The notes below the pieces were generated by a model. The model was not told the origin of the DNA. It was given only the letters and a program-made list of their open reading frames with translations, and did not search any database. Positions 37,545 through 50,084 of a stretch of 64,000 bases of DNA are shown here, piece after piece (positions within the stretch are counted from its first letter, which is position 1; every line of letters begins with the position of its first letter). Both the position numbers and the translations under genes were made by a program. The DNA comes from Felis catus (Eukaryota), in contig NC_058373.1 of NCBI RefSeq assembly GCF_018350175.1, positions 100,690,001-100,754,000 on the forward strand, given 5' to 3'.

Positions 37545-37790
37545 AGAGAAGCAGTATGTGGGTAGTGCTTAAGAACACGGACATTATGGTCAGATATTCT
37601 GGGATTTTAGTCCTTTTTTACTCCCTGGCTAGTCATGTGATTTTGGGAAGTAACTTATTTTTTCTGAACCTCAGCTTTCTTATCTTTAAAAGTGGGATAA
37701 TAAAAAGAATCTCATTGGGTTATTCTGAGGACACACTGAGAAACTATTTGTTAAGCACTTAGCAGGGGGACTGGAACACAGTAAATGGTA
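37545..37790 (+). mobile_element. MIR
   Basis: 'ggaagtaacttatttttctgaacctcagctttcttatctttaaaagtgggataataa'. Confidence 0.75.
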
Positions 37791-37829
37791 GCCTCTGCTG
37801 CCACCACCACCTCTATTATCTTCATTCTA

Positions 37830-38205
37830 GCAGATTTGGGTTGCCGTCCACAAATGATTCATGCTCCTTTTCCATAGAGAATTGTTTCTGGGAAGTGGCT
37901 GCCTAAACAGGGACTACATTTCCCAACCACCTTTACATTCATGTGGGACCATGTGACCAAATTCTGACCAATGGAATGCCAGGTGAAGTCCTGTACATCA
38001 CTTCCAGGCCTGGTCCATAAGCACCTACTAGGTGATCAGCCTTCACTTTTTACCCCTCTGCTGACTGTGTCAGGGGCCAGGGTAACATTGGAAACCATGC
38101 ATCGGAGATGACAGAGCCTTTGTTAGTCTGGTTCTTGAATGATTGCATGGAACAAAGATTTCAGGGTTTATCTGTTATAGGAGTTGTTACTTGAACAACA
38201 CAAAT
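37830..38205 (+). mobile_element. Old MLT1-type LTR
   Basis: 'gactacatttcccaaccacc...ggaccatgtgaccaaattctgaccaatggaatg...cacttccaggcctgg'. Confidence 0.7.
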
Positions 38206-39864
38206 AGCATCATCGTGGCTCAGGATCACAGTAGCCTGTCAAGTCTGAGCTCAAAAACAAGCCTTGGAGAAACCAACCAGCAAGAATCCTACGTCACTGG
38301 GGACTAAGGTGGCAAAGAAAAAGACTGGGCTCAGACTGAGGATAAACTTTAGTTGATCTGTATACTTGTAAATTACTCATCACATTCCATGTTTCATCAT
38401 GAAATTTCTTTACACTGTGTCCTATACTGCTGACTGGCAGTTTGTCTGGTGGATCTGTCACTGTAGACAAACCCCAGCAAAGGGTTGCAAGGGAGAGGCT
38501 GTGGTCTTGAGCAGGAGAAAGCTCAATTTTCATGGGTGTTTGAGTATTCATTGCTAGTGACTAATGGAAGAAATACTTTGATTTTTGGACTCCTTGGCTG
38601 GTTTAATCCCAGGGCACTGCAAGTCTTTCTGCTACTCTGTTGAGGGTCAGGTTCTCCAAAAAGAAGATCAAGCAACTTTTAAAAGTCTTGAGTATGCAGA
38701 CTTCATATTTAAGATCTAGCCAGGTGAGAGTATCTCAAAGAGAACTCAGTGACTGGGAAGTCCAAGCTATTGCAAATGCTGTATTTCCCCCCCTCTCTTG
38801 TTATTTGTAACAACTGCTCACTCCTCATTACTTTCTGAGAAAAAAAAAAAAAACCTTGAAAACACCAAAAGTACAGGCCACTTTGGAGAGCCAGATACCC
38901 AATTAGCCTCTTGAGTAGTCTGATCTATATAGCAGAACAAACTGAAGCTGTTCTCTAGGTGGGAGTGGGTGGCACTCTATAGCCTTCATTTGGAGAGTGA
39001 TGGTGAGGATGTGGGGAGTGGGTGGTATAAGACAGGGAAAGATTGAAGCTCTGCCAAAGAATGTGGCATGGCTTTAAGACTCTGTTGTTACTTATTTCAC
39101 ATCTTCCCATCACTCTTCCCCAAATCTTCTCAACCTTTTGGTTCTCTAGTGTTCCTGTGCTCCTGGTCTTAAGGGTAAAGCTGTAGAACTAGGTGGGAGG
39201 GAAGGAAGGGCATAGAAATCATGTGCATGAGCTCTCAATACTTGAGTGTAAGCCTAGTCATTTGGAAGGAGGCAGAGTATCCTAAAATCAGTGGTCAGGG
39301 TCTTAGAAGATCAAAGAATCAGAAGTGGGGCAGTGACACCCTAATTTGAGATTCCTGAGGCACCAATGTCACAAAAGCCAACTCTATCATTTGATCCAAT
39401 CCAAAAATGAGTGTTATTTTGTAGCTGAGTACGGCACCACAGCTTTAACCAGCACCTGAATCTCTAAGTGGGCCGCTGGTTTGGAGTCAGTGATTTTAGG
39501 TGTCTGGCAGAAGAAAACTCTTCTTAAACCCATTTCTCTCATTTATCATCTTTTATACAGGTCACTGTTAATGCAGGCTTTGCGTATGGACCCTGAGCAA
39601 AGATGGTGAGGAAGAAAACCCCTTTCAGTCCTTTTAGAAAGTAATATTGGCAGCTCTTTTGGTTTAAATGACCAGAAAGGAGGTAAAAAGTTCTGGGGGC
39701 TACTTAGTAATTAACTAGAAGTATAAGACACTTGAATGCTGTGGTTTGTCATGATTGAATCACAAAAATGCTACTGCTTGGATTTCTTCTCTCTGGTAAG
39801 TCACATTGACTCAGTGTGAGACTCACAGGCTGTTAGGTCCAAGAAGTCAAGGTAGCTGATTCTG

Positions 39865-40628
39865 TGTGGAATGCAGGATTCTAAGATGACCCCTTATGAC
39901 CTGTACCTTTGTATTATGCCATCCCTTTGAATATGGGAGAGACATGTGAATATGATGGGATATCACCATTATGATTTGGTTTCTAATCAGTAGACTTTGA
40001 GTTAATCAAAGGGAGATTATTCTGTGTGGGTATGACCTAACTGGGTACACCCATAGTAGAAGATAAAGCATCAGAGACCTGCTTCTGATGCCCAGGAAGA
40101 GTCACACTATGCCCTGCCCATGGAGGGCCACATGCTCAGGATCTAGAGGACCTCCTAGGGAACAGCCTCTAGGAGCTGAGAGTAACTCCTGGCCAATTGC
40201 TGGCATTGAAAGTGGGGAACTTTCTACCAACTTTCTACCAAAGAACTCTGGGCTAAAAATGAGAATGCAGAACCAGTCACGCCTTGAATTCAGCCTTATG
40301 AAATTCTGAGTGGAGAATTCAGTTATATTATGCCCAGACCACTTACTCATAGAAACTGAGTCAACAGACGGGTGCTTGTTTGTTTATTTATTCATTAATT
40401 TTAGAAATGGGGGTGGAGCAGAGGGAGGAAGATAGAATTCCAAGCAGGCTCCATGCTCAGCACAGAGCCTGATATGGGGCCTGATTCCACGACCCTGGGA
40501 TCATGACCCGAGCTGAAATCAAGAGTCAGATGCTCAACCGACTGAGCCATCTAGGCACTCAAGATGGTCGTTATTTTAAGCCAATAAATTTGTAGTAATT
40601 TGTTTTGCAGCAATAGAAAGCTGATATA
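39865..40628 (+). mobile_element. MLT1-type LTR with an inserted Can-SINE (minus, ~40380-40560)
   Basis: 'ggattctaagatgacccc...gactttgagttaatcaaagggagattatt...tttaagccaataaatttgtagtaatttgttttgcagcaatagaaagctgata'. Confidence 0.8.
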
Positions 40629-40819
40629 TTCTGTTATCAGCATACTTCATTTTTTTTAAGTCTGGGAAATCAGCATTTGATTTATGTAAGGCGATAGGTC
40701 ATTTTACTGTCAATACCACATTTTGTGACATAACAAAAAAAATAATATACTAAAAAAATCTTGTTGGTCTTTGAAGAGCTCACAAAAGTTCTGCATTTAT
40801 CACTTAATTACTGACTATG

Positions 40820-42034
40820 AAGATATTTGAATAATCTCTATATATTCTATGTGTATGTATGTGTATGCACACACACACAAGGAATTGCCTTATTCAATTT
40901 TTGAGATCTGGCCAAACAAGCCTGAAGGGCGACCAGTCAAAAAGGGAATATTACATGCAGACTGGAAACCAGTGGGAGTGGACTGAAGCTTTGTGTCCAT
41001 AGCCAACAGTCAGTAAGAACGATCCATGGAGAAGGGAGAACAATTATAGGGCAGATGCTGTTTTTATCAGAGCAGTCTTGAGCCCTCTTTTTTTAATTAA
41101 TAAACTTTATTTTTTAGAGTTTAGGTTCCTAGCAAAACTGAGTGTAAAGTACAGAGAAATCCCACGTACCTCCTGTCCTCACACGTGTACAATCTCCCCC
41201 ACTACCAACATCCAGCATTAGAGAGGTTCATTTGTTACAATCAGTGAACCTACATTCATGCATCATCGTCACCCAAAGTCCATAGTTTACATTAGGGTTC
41301 ATTCTTGTTCTTATACATTTAATGGGTTAGGATAAATATATCATGATATGTATCCACCATTGTAGTATTTTACAGAATAGCTTTACTGCCCTAAAAATCC
41401 TATGTGTTCTGCCTATACACTCTCCCATCCCCAACCCATGGAAATTTTACTTTCTATGTAGTTTTGCCTTTTCCAGAGTGACATATAATATCCTATTCTT
41501 TTGAAAGCCTTCCAACTGATTAAGTTAAGCCCTCCCAGGACAATCTTTTCAATGAACTGATTAGGGACTTAAAAAAATTTGTTTTTAAATCTTTATTTTT
41601 TAGAGAGAGAGAGAGAGAGCACGAGCAGGGGAGGAACAGAGAGAGAGACACACACACACAGAATCTGAAGCAGGCTCCAGGCTCTGAGCTTTTAGCACAG
41701 AGCCCGACATGGGGCTCGAACTCACAAGCTGTGAGATCATGACCTGAGTTGAAGTTGGATGCTTAATGGACTGAGCCACCCAGGCGCCCCATTGATTAGG
41801 GACTTTAAAAACATTTGCAACATTTTTTCACAGCAGCACTTGTGTCAGTGTTTTAATGAATAATCAGGAGAAAAGAGCATATGCATGCTGCAAACTAGTC
41901 TTGCTTTCCTTCTTTTCTCCAGCTCTTATGAGAGAATGTCTGTTATAGCTAACCCTAACCAGAATCATGTTAGAAAGGGACTTCTGGATTGCTAGTTCAG
42001 TTTAGCCAAGTCGACACATTAAAAAGTCATCACA
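40820..42034 (-). mobile_element. MLT2-like (ERVL) LTR interrupted by an L1MC-like 3' end (minus, ~41087-41490) and a Can-SINE (minus, ~41575-41790)
   Basis: Terminal 'tagccaagtcgacacattaaaaagtcatcaca'. L1 signature 'cacccaaagtccatagtttacattagggttca'. SINE TSD tgattagggactt. Confidence 0.65.
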
Positions 42035-42069
42035 TATGTACATCTATGACAGTTTCTCCATCTACCAGT

Positions 42070-42078
42070 CTTTCTTTT

Positions 42079-42142
<64 letters not shown>

Positions 42143-42260
42143 TCCTTCCTTCCTTCCTTCCTTCCTTCCTTCCTTCCTTCCTTCCTTCCTTCCTTCCTTC
42201 CTTCCTTCCATCATCTATCTATCTATCTATCTATCTATCAATCGATCGATTATCTATCTA
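42070..42260. repeat. Compound tetranucleotide STR (TTTC)n(TTCC)n(TCTA)n
   Basis: Directly visible. Confidence 0.98.
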
Positions 42261-45200
42261 ACAATCAAAATGCATGATTTCATACCCATACTTCCAATTC
42301 TAGTGTTACGCTTCAGGATTCATTTCAGCCTTCCTCCTTTTCATATTTTAAAATTCCTCCATACCCAGTAAGAAGTGTGGTTCATATTACCCTCCATATA
42401 TTTATTTGATCAATTAATTAACTTACCTGCTCAATATGACCAACCCCTGCACACTACCTCAACCTCCATTTGCCCTCTTTTCTCTACTGTCTTGTTTCCT
42501 AGATTCCTGGCATGCTGCAGTGCATTTTACTGCCTCTTCCTTGGATATTAAAATCTTTGCACAAAAAGAGAAGGGGAAGAAATGAAGACAGAATGAGATG
42601 GCAGGAAGCGAAGGCAAGAGAAGATGGGGAGGAAAGGAAGGATGTTAGTTTCGAAATATCTTAAAGTTCTTTTCATTTTCCTGGTCTCATCCTTATTCAA
42701 TCCAAAGCGTCCATTGCCTTAGGGAAAATTCAGACTGTTAAAGCAGGAATGCAAAGAGGTAAAAAACATGTTCCTATTCAGCCTTTGACTTCCAATATAA
42801 AAAGTTTAGAGAAACACAAGTCTTTAAACTGTGGCTTTATCAAGAGAGTAGTGTTTTCTCAATTCCAAATACTCTCTTCAAATATTAAAAGCCCAGCCTG
42901 GTGGACTATATCAAAGTGTAGAGGTGGCAGTTGATATATGAGCGATGCGTCTGCCAAACAGAAAAGTGGAATACCTCATTTATAGGGGAGAAATGAGTTT
43001 TAAGAGGATGGAAAATTGAGTGAAGATGCTGCCTTAATATATAGCCTGGGAAGGGGCCAGGGTGAGATGGGGGTATTGGAAAAAAAATCAGAAACATCAG
43101 ATAGTTGAGGGAACAACCAGGGACAGAGGTTACCTGTGCCCTGCTTCCCACTTAGAACTTTAAGAAGAGACTGCACCTTAGGGTTTCCCTGCATCTTCAC
43201 GGGCAAGTGCAGTAAAGCAGTAACAGTGGAATGGCATGCTTCGGCAGAAGGACCAAGCCCCTTATTCTCTGTGGCTTGTGTGTGGCACCTAAGGGGTGCA
43301 GATATTCTCCCATCGTGCTCCCACCCCCTGCGTGAGGCATGTGGGAAGTACCTGGAAGTGCTTGCTGGTAACCTTGCCAACTGGATGACTGAAGCAAAGG
43401 ATGACAGGACTTTGTAGATGAGGACAGCAGGCGGCCTTTGAGGTTGGGGACTGAGAGTGGCAGCCACACCTCTGGGAAGGTACAGCACCAGGGAGAGCTG
43501 AAAGGGAGCCTGTGAAAACCCTAGAAGTAATCACCACTTACTATCACGCTGAGAGTCCAGCCCCCAAGTTACACCAGCTGAAGCTCTCTGCCCTGTAGCA
43601 AAGTGCAGACAGAGAGTAGGCCTAGAGGCACTCCCCTTAAAACACTTTGAGCAGAGGGCAGTGTATATACCAGGGAATATTTTAACCAGCATTATGAGTA
43701 TATTTAAGCTTAGTCCTGAACCAAAATACCATCTTGAAGTGGGATAGGACAGGGTGAGAAAAATCCTTTCAAGACACAAAGAATCTGCTCTGTGAGAGGG
43801 TTTAGGCTTGGAAAAGCTATCAGGCTAAAAGGGATTCAGTTGACCAGTGAATCTTTTAAATAAGAGATTAAGTTGCCTTTAATGGATAATTGAAAAATCC
43901 TCTCTTTGTCATCTCTTTTCTCCAATACCAACACCATTACAACCCCATCCCCCAAGAGACCAGGAATGGAACTGCAGAAGCAGTTTAAGATTGATAATGG
44001 AAAATGAAGGAAGGTACGTTTCAGTTGTAGTGTATACATTTGGACCCCAATATATTGCCAAACAGCCTCATGTCCCAGGTCCTGCCTCAGGTAGTGAGTG
44101 CCATACGGACACCATGTTGTTTTGAGCTGAAACCGCACCCTTAAGCCCACCAGTTGGAATTCTTTTGGCCTGGTTTTCGTTGATTCAGCAAATTACTTAG
44201 GAGAGGATGATCCATTGTCAAAGAAATGATTCTTAGAGGGAATGCATGTCTGGCAAACACAGCCCTCAATTTTCAGATTGTTGCGGTACCTGTGGTAACG
44301 AGGATTCTGTATCTTTTTCCAATTTAAGAAAATTTCTTGCAGTTCTCTGTGATGATGATGTGTGGTTCTTGACATCCAAATGAACTGATATAATTCTAAC
44401 AGTATGCTGCGTATTCCTGTGGGGCTGGTGGCTATTTTGTACTACAGTGCTTTACAGTTTTCAAGGTGAACTTGACATCTCGGGAGTACTAGTAAATCTG
44501 TTTTATAAACCAGGAAACCTCTCCTAATATAGGTGAAAGTTTTCGTTACACTTTTGTTGTTCTTACAATGAAAACTTCCATGTGCAAAATCTGAAACTCT
44601 CCCTCCAGGTGTGGTGCTTCAAGCCTGCGTCTGTACCTTGGGGTGGTTTGTAAAGAAAGCTATCCTTGCCACAAGCATCTAGATTAATTCTGTGGACAAC
44701 TCGTTACCGTTCCCCAAATTTCAGAGAACAGGGATTTTGTAATAAGTGAAGCAGACAGTCCCTACTACATTAGAAGTGCCTAATAATAAGCAAAAGCAAG
44801 GAGAAAGGTGAATATTTCCCTATAAGAAAACTCAGTTCTGCAGCCCCATCAAACTGGCTACCTTGCTCTATATGGAAGATATAGAAAAATTGAGGGGGGA
44901 ACTGATCCGGATTCCTTCTCTCCCAGGCCTACAATAAAAATACATCTTCAGAATTTGTTTTTGAATTAGCTATAAAATATTGTAGGTTTAATCTCTTCAT
45001 AAAGTAACCATTGTTACTGGAAGAGGACTTAGTAGATGAATCACCTTGAATTTAAATTGTACTTGTGGAAATAAAAAAAGGTGGTAAATAGGTTTATTAA
45101 TTTCTTGTCGTTTATTTCTTGGCATGTCCAAGCCATCTCACTGATCCATGATCCAGTTCACCTTATGTGAGCTCATGTTTCTTTTCAAAATATTCCTTAA

Positions 45201-46349
45201 AGGGTTTAACTTTAATAGTTGAAATCATCATGAAAAAGATAAAGGCAAAATTAGATACAAAAGACGGTAAAGGCTTTAAGAGGGAGGGGAAAAAACTTCA
45301 TTTCCCTGGAGCAGACATTGTTACTCAGTGTTTATGAGAGAATGATAAACACCATGGCAATAAGACAAACAGTGATTTGTACCCTAAAGGCTATTCCACG
45401 TAGTCATGTATTAAACCATTAAAGAAAAAAAACCCCACATTTTTCCTTGGAAAAGCTTAAGAGGCAGAAGGATTAAGGTCAGAATCTATTATATAGCTCA
45501 AAGGAAAAATACAGAGGGTATGAAAAATTTTTAATTTCACAACATACCATGAAATCCACAGCAGTGTTGTATAGTGAGGAGAGTAGAATAAGAATCTCTA
45601 TGGGTGTCGGTGTTCAGGTCTGTGAGGAAGGGACAGGGTATGCACTAGCTCATGGCTGGTAAAGTCATGCCCAGCTGGAAAGAGTTAGATTCACTCTATA
45701 GGAGCCTTAGAGATTTGAAACAATGTATGTCAGAGAGTTATGGTTCCACTGGCTCTACTCTTTACTCTCCAAAGTCCAAGTCCCTAAAAACTTGTGTAGG
45801 ACAGGACAGCCCGTTTCCCACTTTTCATCTCCTCCTACTTCGTATATACTCTTGCACACCCAACAGGAACACCTGTTTTGTTTTATATGTGAAATAAACT
45901 TGGATAAATAAACAAAATGTATTAAGCCACTGAGGTTTCTGGATTTACCTATTACAGCAGCTAGAGTACTCTAATAAGGAAGACTACCTTGCACAGTTGC
46001 AATTATAAAGGTTATGGTAGTTTTATAAACAACAGGAAATTTGGTTGTGAAAGAGGCAAATTGGAAAGAATTCCTTTTTAGGTGAATATAATGCAAATTT
46101 TAGAAATCAGAGCAGAGAAAAAGTAATCTTCATTTTTTTTTCTCGGAAAACTAGCATTTAAGTAATTACTTCAGCAAAAAGCAGTGTAGTGTAAGGTGGT
46201 AGAATGTGAGAGTGAAAACCAATGGACAGAAAAAATAACTTTCATTTCCATAGGCATTATAATTTTAAAGCATTTTTTTTTGGTCATCATTTTATTTAGT
46301 CCTCACAATAATTCTGGAGTCATGTGGCAAATATAATGATGTTTATTTT

Positions 46350-46525
46350 AAAATAACAGCGAATGTTTAAGTACTATGCTCCAGGCTCTGTGTTAAGAGC
46401 TTTACATGTACATCTCATCTAGTTATGACAACACCCCAAAGATTGACACTATAATTATCCCTATTTTAAAAATGAGAAAATTGCAACCTAGAAATGTTAA
46501 ATAGCGGTTAAATGTCACACCCTGG
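46350..46525 (-). mobile_element. MIR, split by the L1 (continues at ~53280-53365)
   Basis: 'attatccctattttaaaaatgagaaaattg...aatgtcacac' before the L1 and 'gtcccagcctcgtaagtggcaaagtcagga' after it. Confidence 0.7.
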
Positions 46526-49500
46526 GAAGAAAGCAGGAGGGGAGCAGGCAGAGAAGGAGGATGCTGAGTTCACCTCGTCTCCTTGACAAACTGAGGCAAC
46601 TCGCTCTTAAAATGACCCGAGGACTGGCAGGACAGATCTTCCACTGCTCAAGACATAAAGAGAAGGCCACGTTGAGAAGGGTAGGAGGGGCAGACATGCG
46701 GTGAGAAACAAACTCTCAATGAAGGGACTCAAAGGTAGGAGGAATATCACACTGTGGAGGAGGGAGGGGATCAAGCCCCACACTGAGCACCTCTGACCCG
46801 GAGGATCTGCACCAGGAAGACGAACCTCCAAAACATTTGGCTTTGAAAGTCAGCAGAGCTTAATTCCAGGAGGACTATAGAAAGCCAAGTCTCCACTCTT
46901 AAAGGCCAGCATGCTGTGTCACTTCATCCAAGACACGGCACAGAAGAAGTAGTTTGAAAAACACCTGGGCTATATGTGAAAGAGATTTATTGACTAATTT
47001 TAGATGTGTGCCAGAGGGGCAGGGATCTGTAGGAGCTTTGTCTAGGAACAGAAGTGCTGGTGGGCACTATTTTTCTTTCCCTCCTTCAGTCTAGCTGGAT
47101 GGATGCTTACAGGAGCCAATTCTGATATCCTCCATCTACTTTGCTAACCTTGCTTGGCACTCCACTGTGGACTTGCTCTGCCCAACCTGCCTGTCCCTGC
47201 AGACACCCCTCCAAAGTGGCTTTTGTCCTGCTACCCCTTTGAGCAACTTCAGTCAGAACTGGAGTCCCCTCATGGTGGCTCCTTCCCTGCCACACCTGGC
47301 AGCTAGCTTTAGCTGGGTCTGGCACTCCCCCAACCCCCCACCCAGAGTGATTGCCACTCCAGGGAGTGGGGAGCTAGACAAACCCACAAGCGTGCCTGAA
47401 GTAGTGACAACCATGCTTCTCAGACAGCCATGCAGGGGGCAAACCCTGCCCACTAGCACGCCCACAGCAGTTGAAGCCCAACCACAAGAGGGTGCATGTA
47501 GCACACACAGGGGTCACCCTTGTTTCTGGTGACCAGGTATTACTGCACTACTGAGCATCACAGGACACCTTCTACAAAAGGCTGGTACTCTCAAGACCAG
47601 GAGATATTGCTAGCCTACTTAATGCATAGAGAAAAACAGAGTCAGACAAAATGAGGAGTCAGAGGAATATGTGCCAAATGAAAGAACAAGACAACCCCCC
47701 CCCTCCACCGCAAAAGAGCTAAACAAAAAGAGATAGGCAAATGAAAATAATCAAAACTAATAATCATAGATATTTACTGGATTTGTGAGAAGAGTGGATG
47801 AACTTAGTGAGAACCTCATCAAAGAGATAAAAATATAAAAAAGAGCCAGTCAGGACTAAAAGACACGATAATTGAAATGAGAAATATACCACACAGAATG
47901 AATAGCAGATTAGAGGATGTGAAAGAATGGATCTGATGACAGGGTAGTGGAAAGAAACCAAACTGAAGAGCAAAAGGAAAAAAGGATTAAAAAATGAGGA
48001 TAGGTTAAGGGATGTCTGTGACAACATCGAGTGTACTAACATTCACATTATAGGGGTCCCAAAGGAAAAGAGAGAAAGAGAAGGGCAGAACATTTTAAAT
48101 TTCAAATTTCAAAGAATTATTTGAAAAAATAATAGATGAAAAATTTCCTAACCTGGGGAAAGAAACAGACATTCAGTTTCAGGAAGCAAAGAGAGCCCCA
48201 AACAAGATGAACCTAAGGAGCTTCACACCAAGACACATAATAATTAAAATGGCAGAAAATAAAGATAAAGAGAGAATCTCAAAAACAGCAAGAGAAAAAC
48301 AAACAGTTATGTACAAGAGAAATCCCTTATATGAGGCTATCAGCTAATTTTTCAGCAGAAACATTGCAGGCCAGAAGGGAGTGATATAATATATTCAAAG
48401 TGCTGAAAGGAAAAAACCTACAACCAAAATACTGGCAAGATTGTCATCATTGAAGAAGAGGTGAAGAATTTCTCAGACAAACAAAAGTTAAAAGAGTTCA
48501 TAACCACTAAACTGACCTTACAAGAAATGATAAAGAGATTAACTAGAAAAGAAAAGGCCATAACTAGAAGTAAGAAAATCATAAAGGGAAAACATTTCAC
48601 TGGGTAAAAGCAAAATATAAAGTAAAGGTAGTAGAGCAATCACTTATAAGCTAGTATGAAAGCTAAAAGACAAAATTGTATGTACAAAAATGAGTCTAGG
48701 GCTGCATAAAATAAAACAGTGGAAAGTAACATATCATACACATAAAAAAGAAGGGGGGAGTAAAAATGTAATGCTTTTAGAATGTGTGCAAATGTAAGTG
48801 ACCATTAATTTAATATAGATTTCTATATACATAGGATGTTATAAAGAGCCTTATGGTAACCATAAACCAAAAACCTGTATTAGGTACACAGAAAATAAAA
48901 AGAAAGGTATCCAAGCATAACAATAAAGAAAGCCATCAAATTACAAAGGAAGAGAGCAAGAGAGGAAAGGAACAGACAACTACTAAAACAACCAGAAAAC
49001 AACAAAATGTCCATAAGTACATACCTATCAATAATTACTCTAAATGTAAGTGGACTAAATTCTCCAGTCAAAAGACAGGGTGACTAAATGGATAAAAATA
49101 TAAGACTCATCTATATGCTGCCTACAAGAGACTAACTTTAGACCTAAAGATACACACAGACTGAAAGTGAAGGGATGCAAATTAAAGTGACAAAACAAAC
49201 TGGGGTAGCAGTACTTATATCAGACAAAACTGACTTTAAAACAAAGACTATACCAGACAAAGAGGAAATAAAAAATACATGGAGACAAATAAAAATGGAA
49301 ACAGAGTATTTCAAGATCTTTGGGATGGAGTAAAAGCAATTCTAAGAGGGAAGTTTGCAATGATACAGGTATACCTCAAGAAATAAGAAAAATCTTAAAT
49401 AAACAATCTAATCTTTTATCTAAAGGAACTAAAAGAAAATGAAATAAAGCCAAAGTTAGTAGATGGAAGGAGGTAATAAAGATCAGAGATGGAAATAAGT

Positions 49501-49705
49501 GAAATAGAAACTAAAACAAATAAAAAAGATCAATGAAATTAAGAATTGGTTCTTTGAAAAGATAAATAAAATTGATAAGCCTTTAACCAGATTCATCAAA
49601 AAAAAAAAAAAAAGGGAGAAGACTCAAATAAATAAAATCAGGAATTAAAGAGAAGTTGCACCTGGCCCCACAGAAATAAGGGATTTTACAAAAAATTATT
49701 TGACA

Positions 49706-49915
49706 GGGGCATCTGGGTGGCTCAGTTGGTTGAGCATCTGATTTCGGCTCAGGTCATGATCCCACAGTTTGTAGGTTTGAGCCCCGTGTCGGGTGCTGTG
49801 CTGACAGCTTAGAGCCTGGAGCCTGCTTTGGATTCTGTGTCTCCCTCTCTCTCCACCCTCCCCCACTCGCACTTTGTGTCTCTGTCTCTCAAAAATAAAC
49901 ATTAAAAAAATTTTT
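49706..49915 (+). mobile_element. Can-SINE inside L1 ORF2
   Basis: TSD aaaaattat(t/a)tgaca. Confidence 0.94.
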
Positions 49916-50049
49916 AAAAATTATATGACAATAAATTGGACAACATAGAAGAAATAGATCAATTCCTAGAAACACAAAATCTTCTAAGACTGAATCAAGA
50001 AGAAATAGAAAATCTGAAGAGACCAATTACTAGTAATGAAATTGAATCA

Positions 50050-50084
<35 letters not shown>

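Noticed and set aside
41989..42371. ORFs with FLSF and LPSF repeats
   Set aside because: Translation of a tetranucleotide STR.
43000..43488. 162-aa minus-strand ORF
   Set aside because: Non-ATG start, no recognisable domain, and overlapping ORFs in several frames as expected for moderately GC-rich non-coding DNA.
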